From positions 12,976 through 76,975 of the forward strand of contig JAAOMT010000334.1 of NCBI GenBank assembly GCA_016748015.1: a DNA stretch of 64,000 nucleotides, in the 5' to 3' direction. Under the pieces are notes generated by a model that was not told where the DNA came from, searched no databases, and worked only from the letters and a program-made list of their open reading frames with translations. Origin of the DNA: Geosiphon pyriformis uo1 (Eukaryota; Fungi; Glomeromycota). Numbering within the stretch: position 1 is the first letter of the stretch; each line of letters opens with the position of its first letter. Below, piece after piece: positions 63,641 through 64,000 of the stretch. The position numbers were made by a program, and so were the translations under genes.

Positions 63641-64000
63641 ACTCTAGTTATGTAAAAATAACTATGCCAATTGATTATAATTAACTAGTTCTAGCTACAG
63701 TTGATCAATTTAATCTATCCGCTAATTCCAGAATGCTCAGGAAAATTGAGATAAACCATTTTGAACTCCTATCTTTAGTATGGTGTGAAATTAAACGAGA
63801 ATAAAATTTCGAAGTTATAATTTTCAAGAAAGCAAAAGTCAACAGAGAACTTTTGTCGATTAATGAGTGTTAAACGGTACAAATATGTGAATTATGAAAG
63901 CTAATTCAAAAATGTCATCAACTTTAAATTCTACTACTCTGAACACTATTGGGTTTGCTTTATTCAATTAAATAATCAAAAGATTTTGTTTTTCTCTTGA

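Overview
AT-rich eukaryotic genomic DNA with many short GT-AG introns. It is most consistent with an early-diverging fungus of the Glomeromycota (arbuscular-mycorrhizal / Geosiphon lineage). This is inferred from the gene-family mix: Sel1-repeat tyrosine-kinase-like gene, MATA-HMG gene, PD-(D/E)xK Crinkler-like genes and class-3 lipase paralogs. Apparently intact genes: an intronless, bacterial-looking NiCoT nickel permease (2154-3329); two spliced class-3 lipase-fold genes that both lack the catalytic serine (5559-7177, 39472-40954); a secreted/GPI-like DUF3455 protein (9716-10997); a ~15-exon Argonaute with Asp instead of Glu at the glutamate-finger position (26123-29803); three small divergent coiled-coil paralogs (32.3-36.3 kb); a 10-exon PD-(D/E)xK nuclease-like gene (47105-49486); an HMG-box gene (54095-54961) with a decayed tandem copy; a signal-peptide + 8xCys-Pro + KEEL protein (60047-60601); and an IQ/BAG co-chaperone (61126-62436) with clear heat-shock elements. 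Intergenic DNA holds many relics: Tc1/mariner and Sola-like transposases, a 77-bp MITE, Sel1-kinase, P450 and MFS pseudogenes, and a heavily C>T/G>A-mutated Fanzor2/TnpB-like nuclease fossil at ~63.1-63.7 kb that the ORF track misses. Two probable assembly artefacts: an apparently identical 2658-bp duplication across the N-gap, which creates a false second Argonaute, and an embedded Tn5/Nextera mosaic-end sequence at 56342-56359. Exon boundaries were read by eye and family names come from motif recognition, not database searches.
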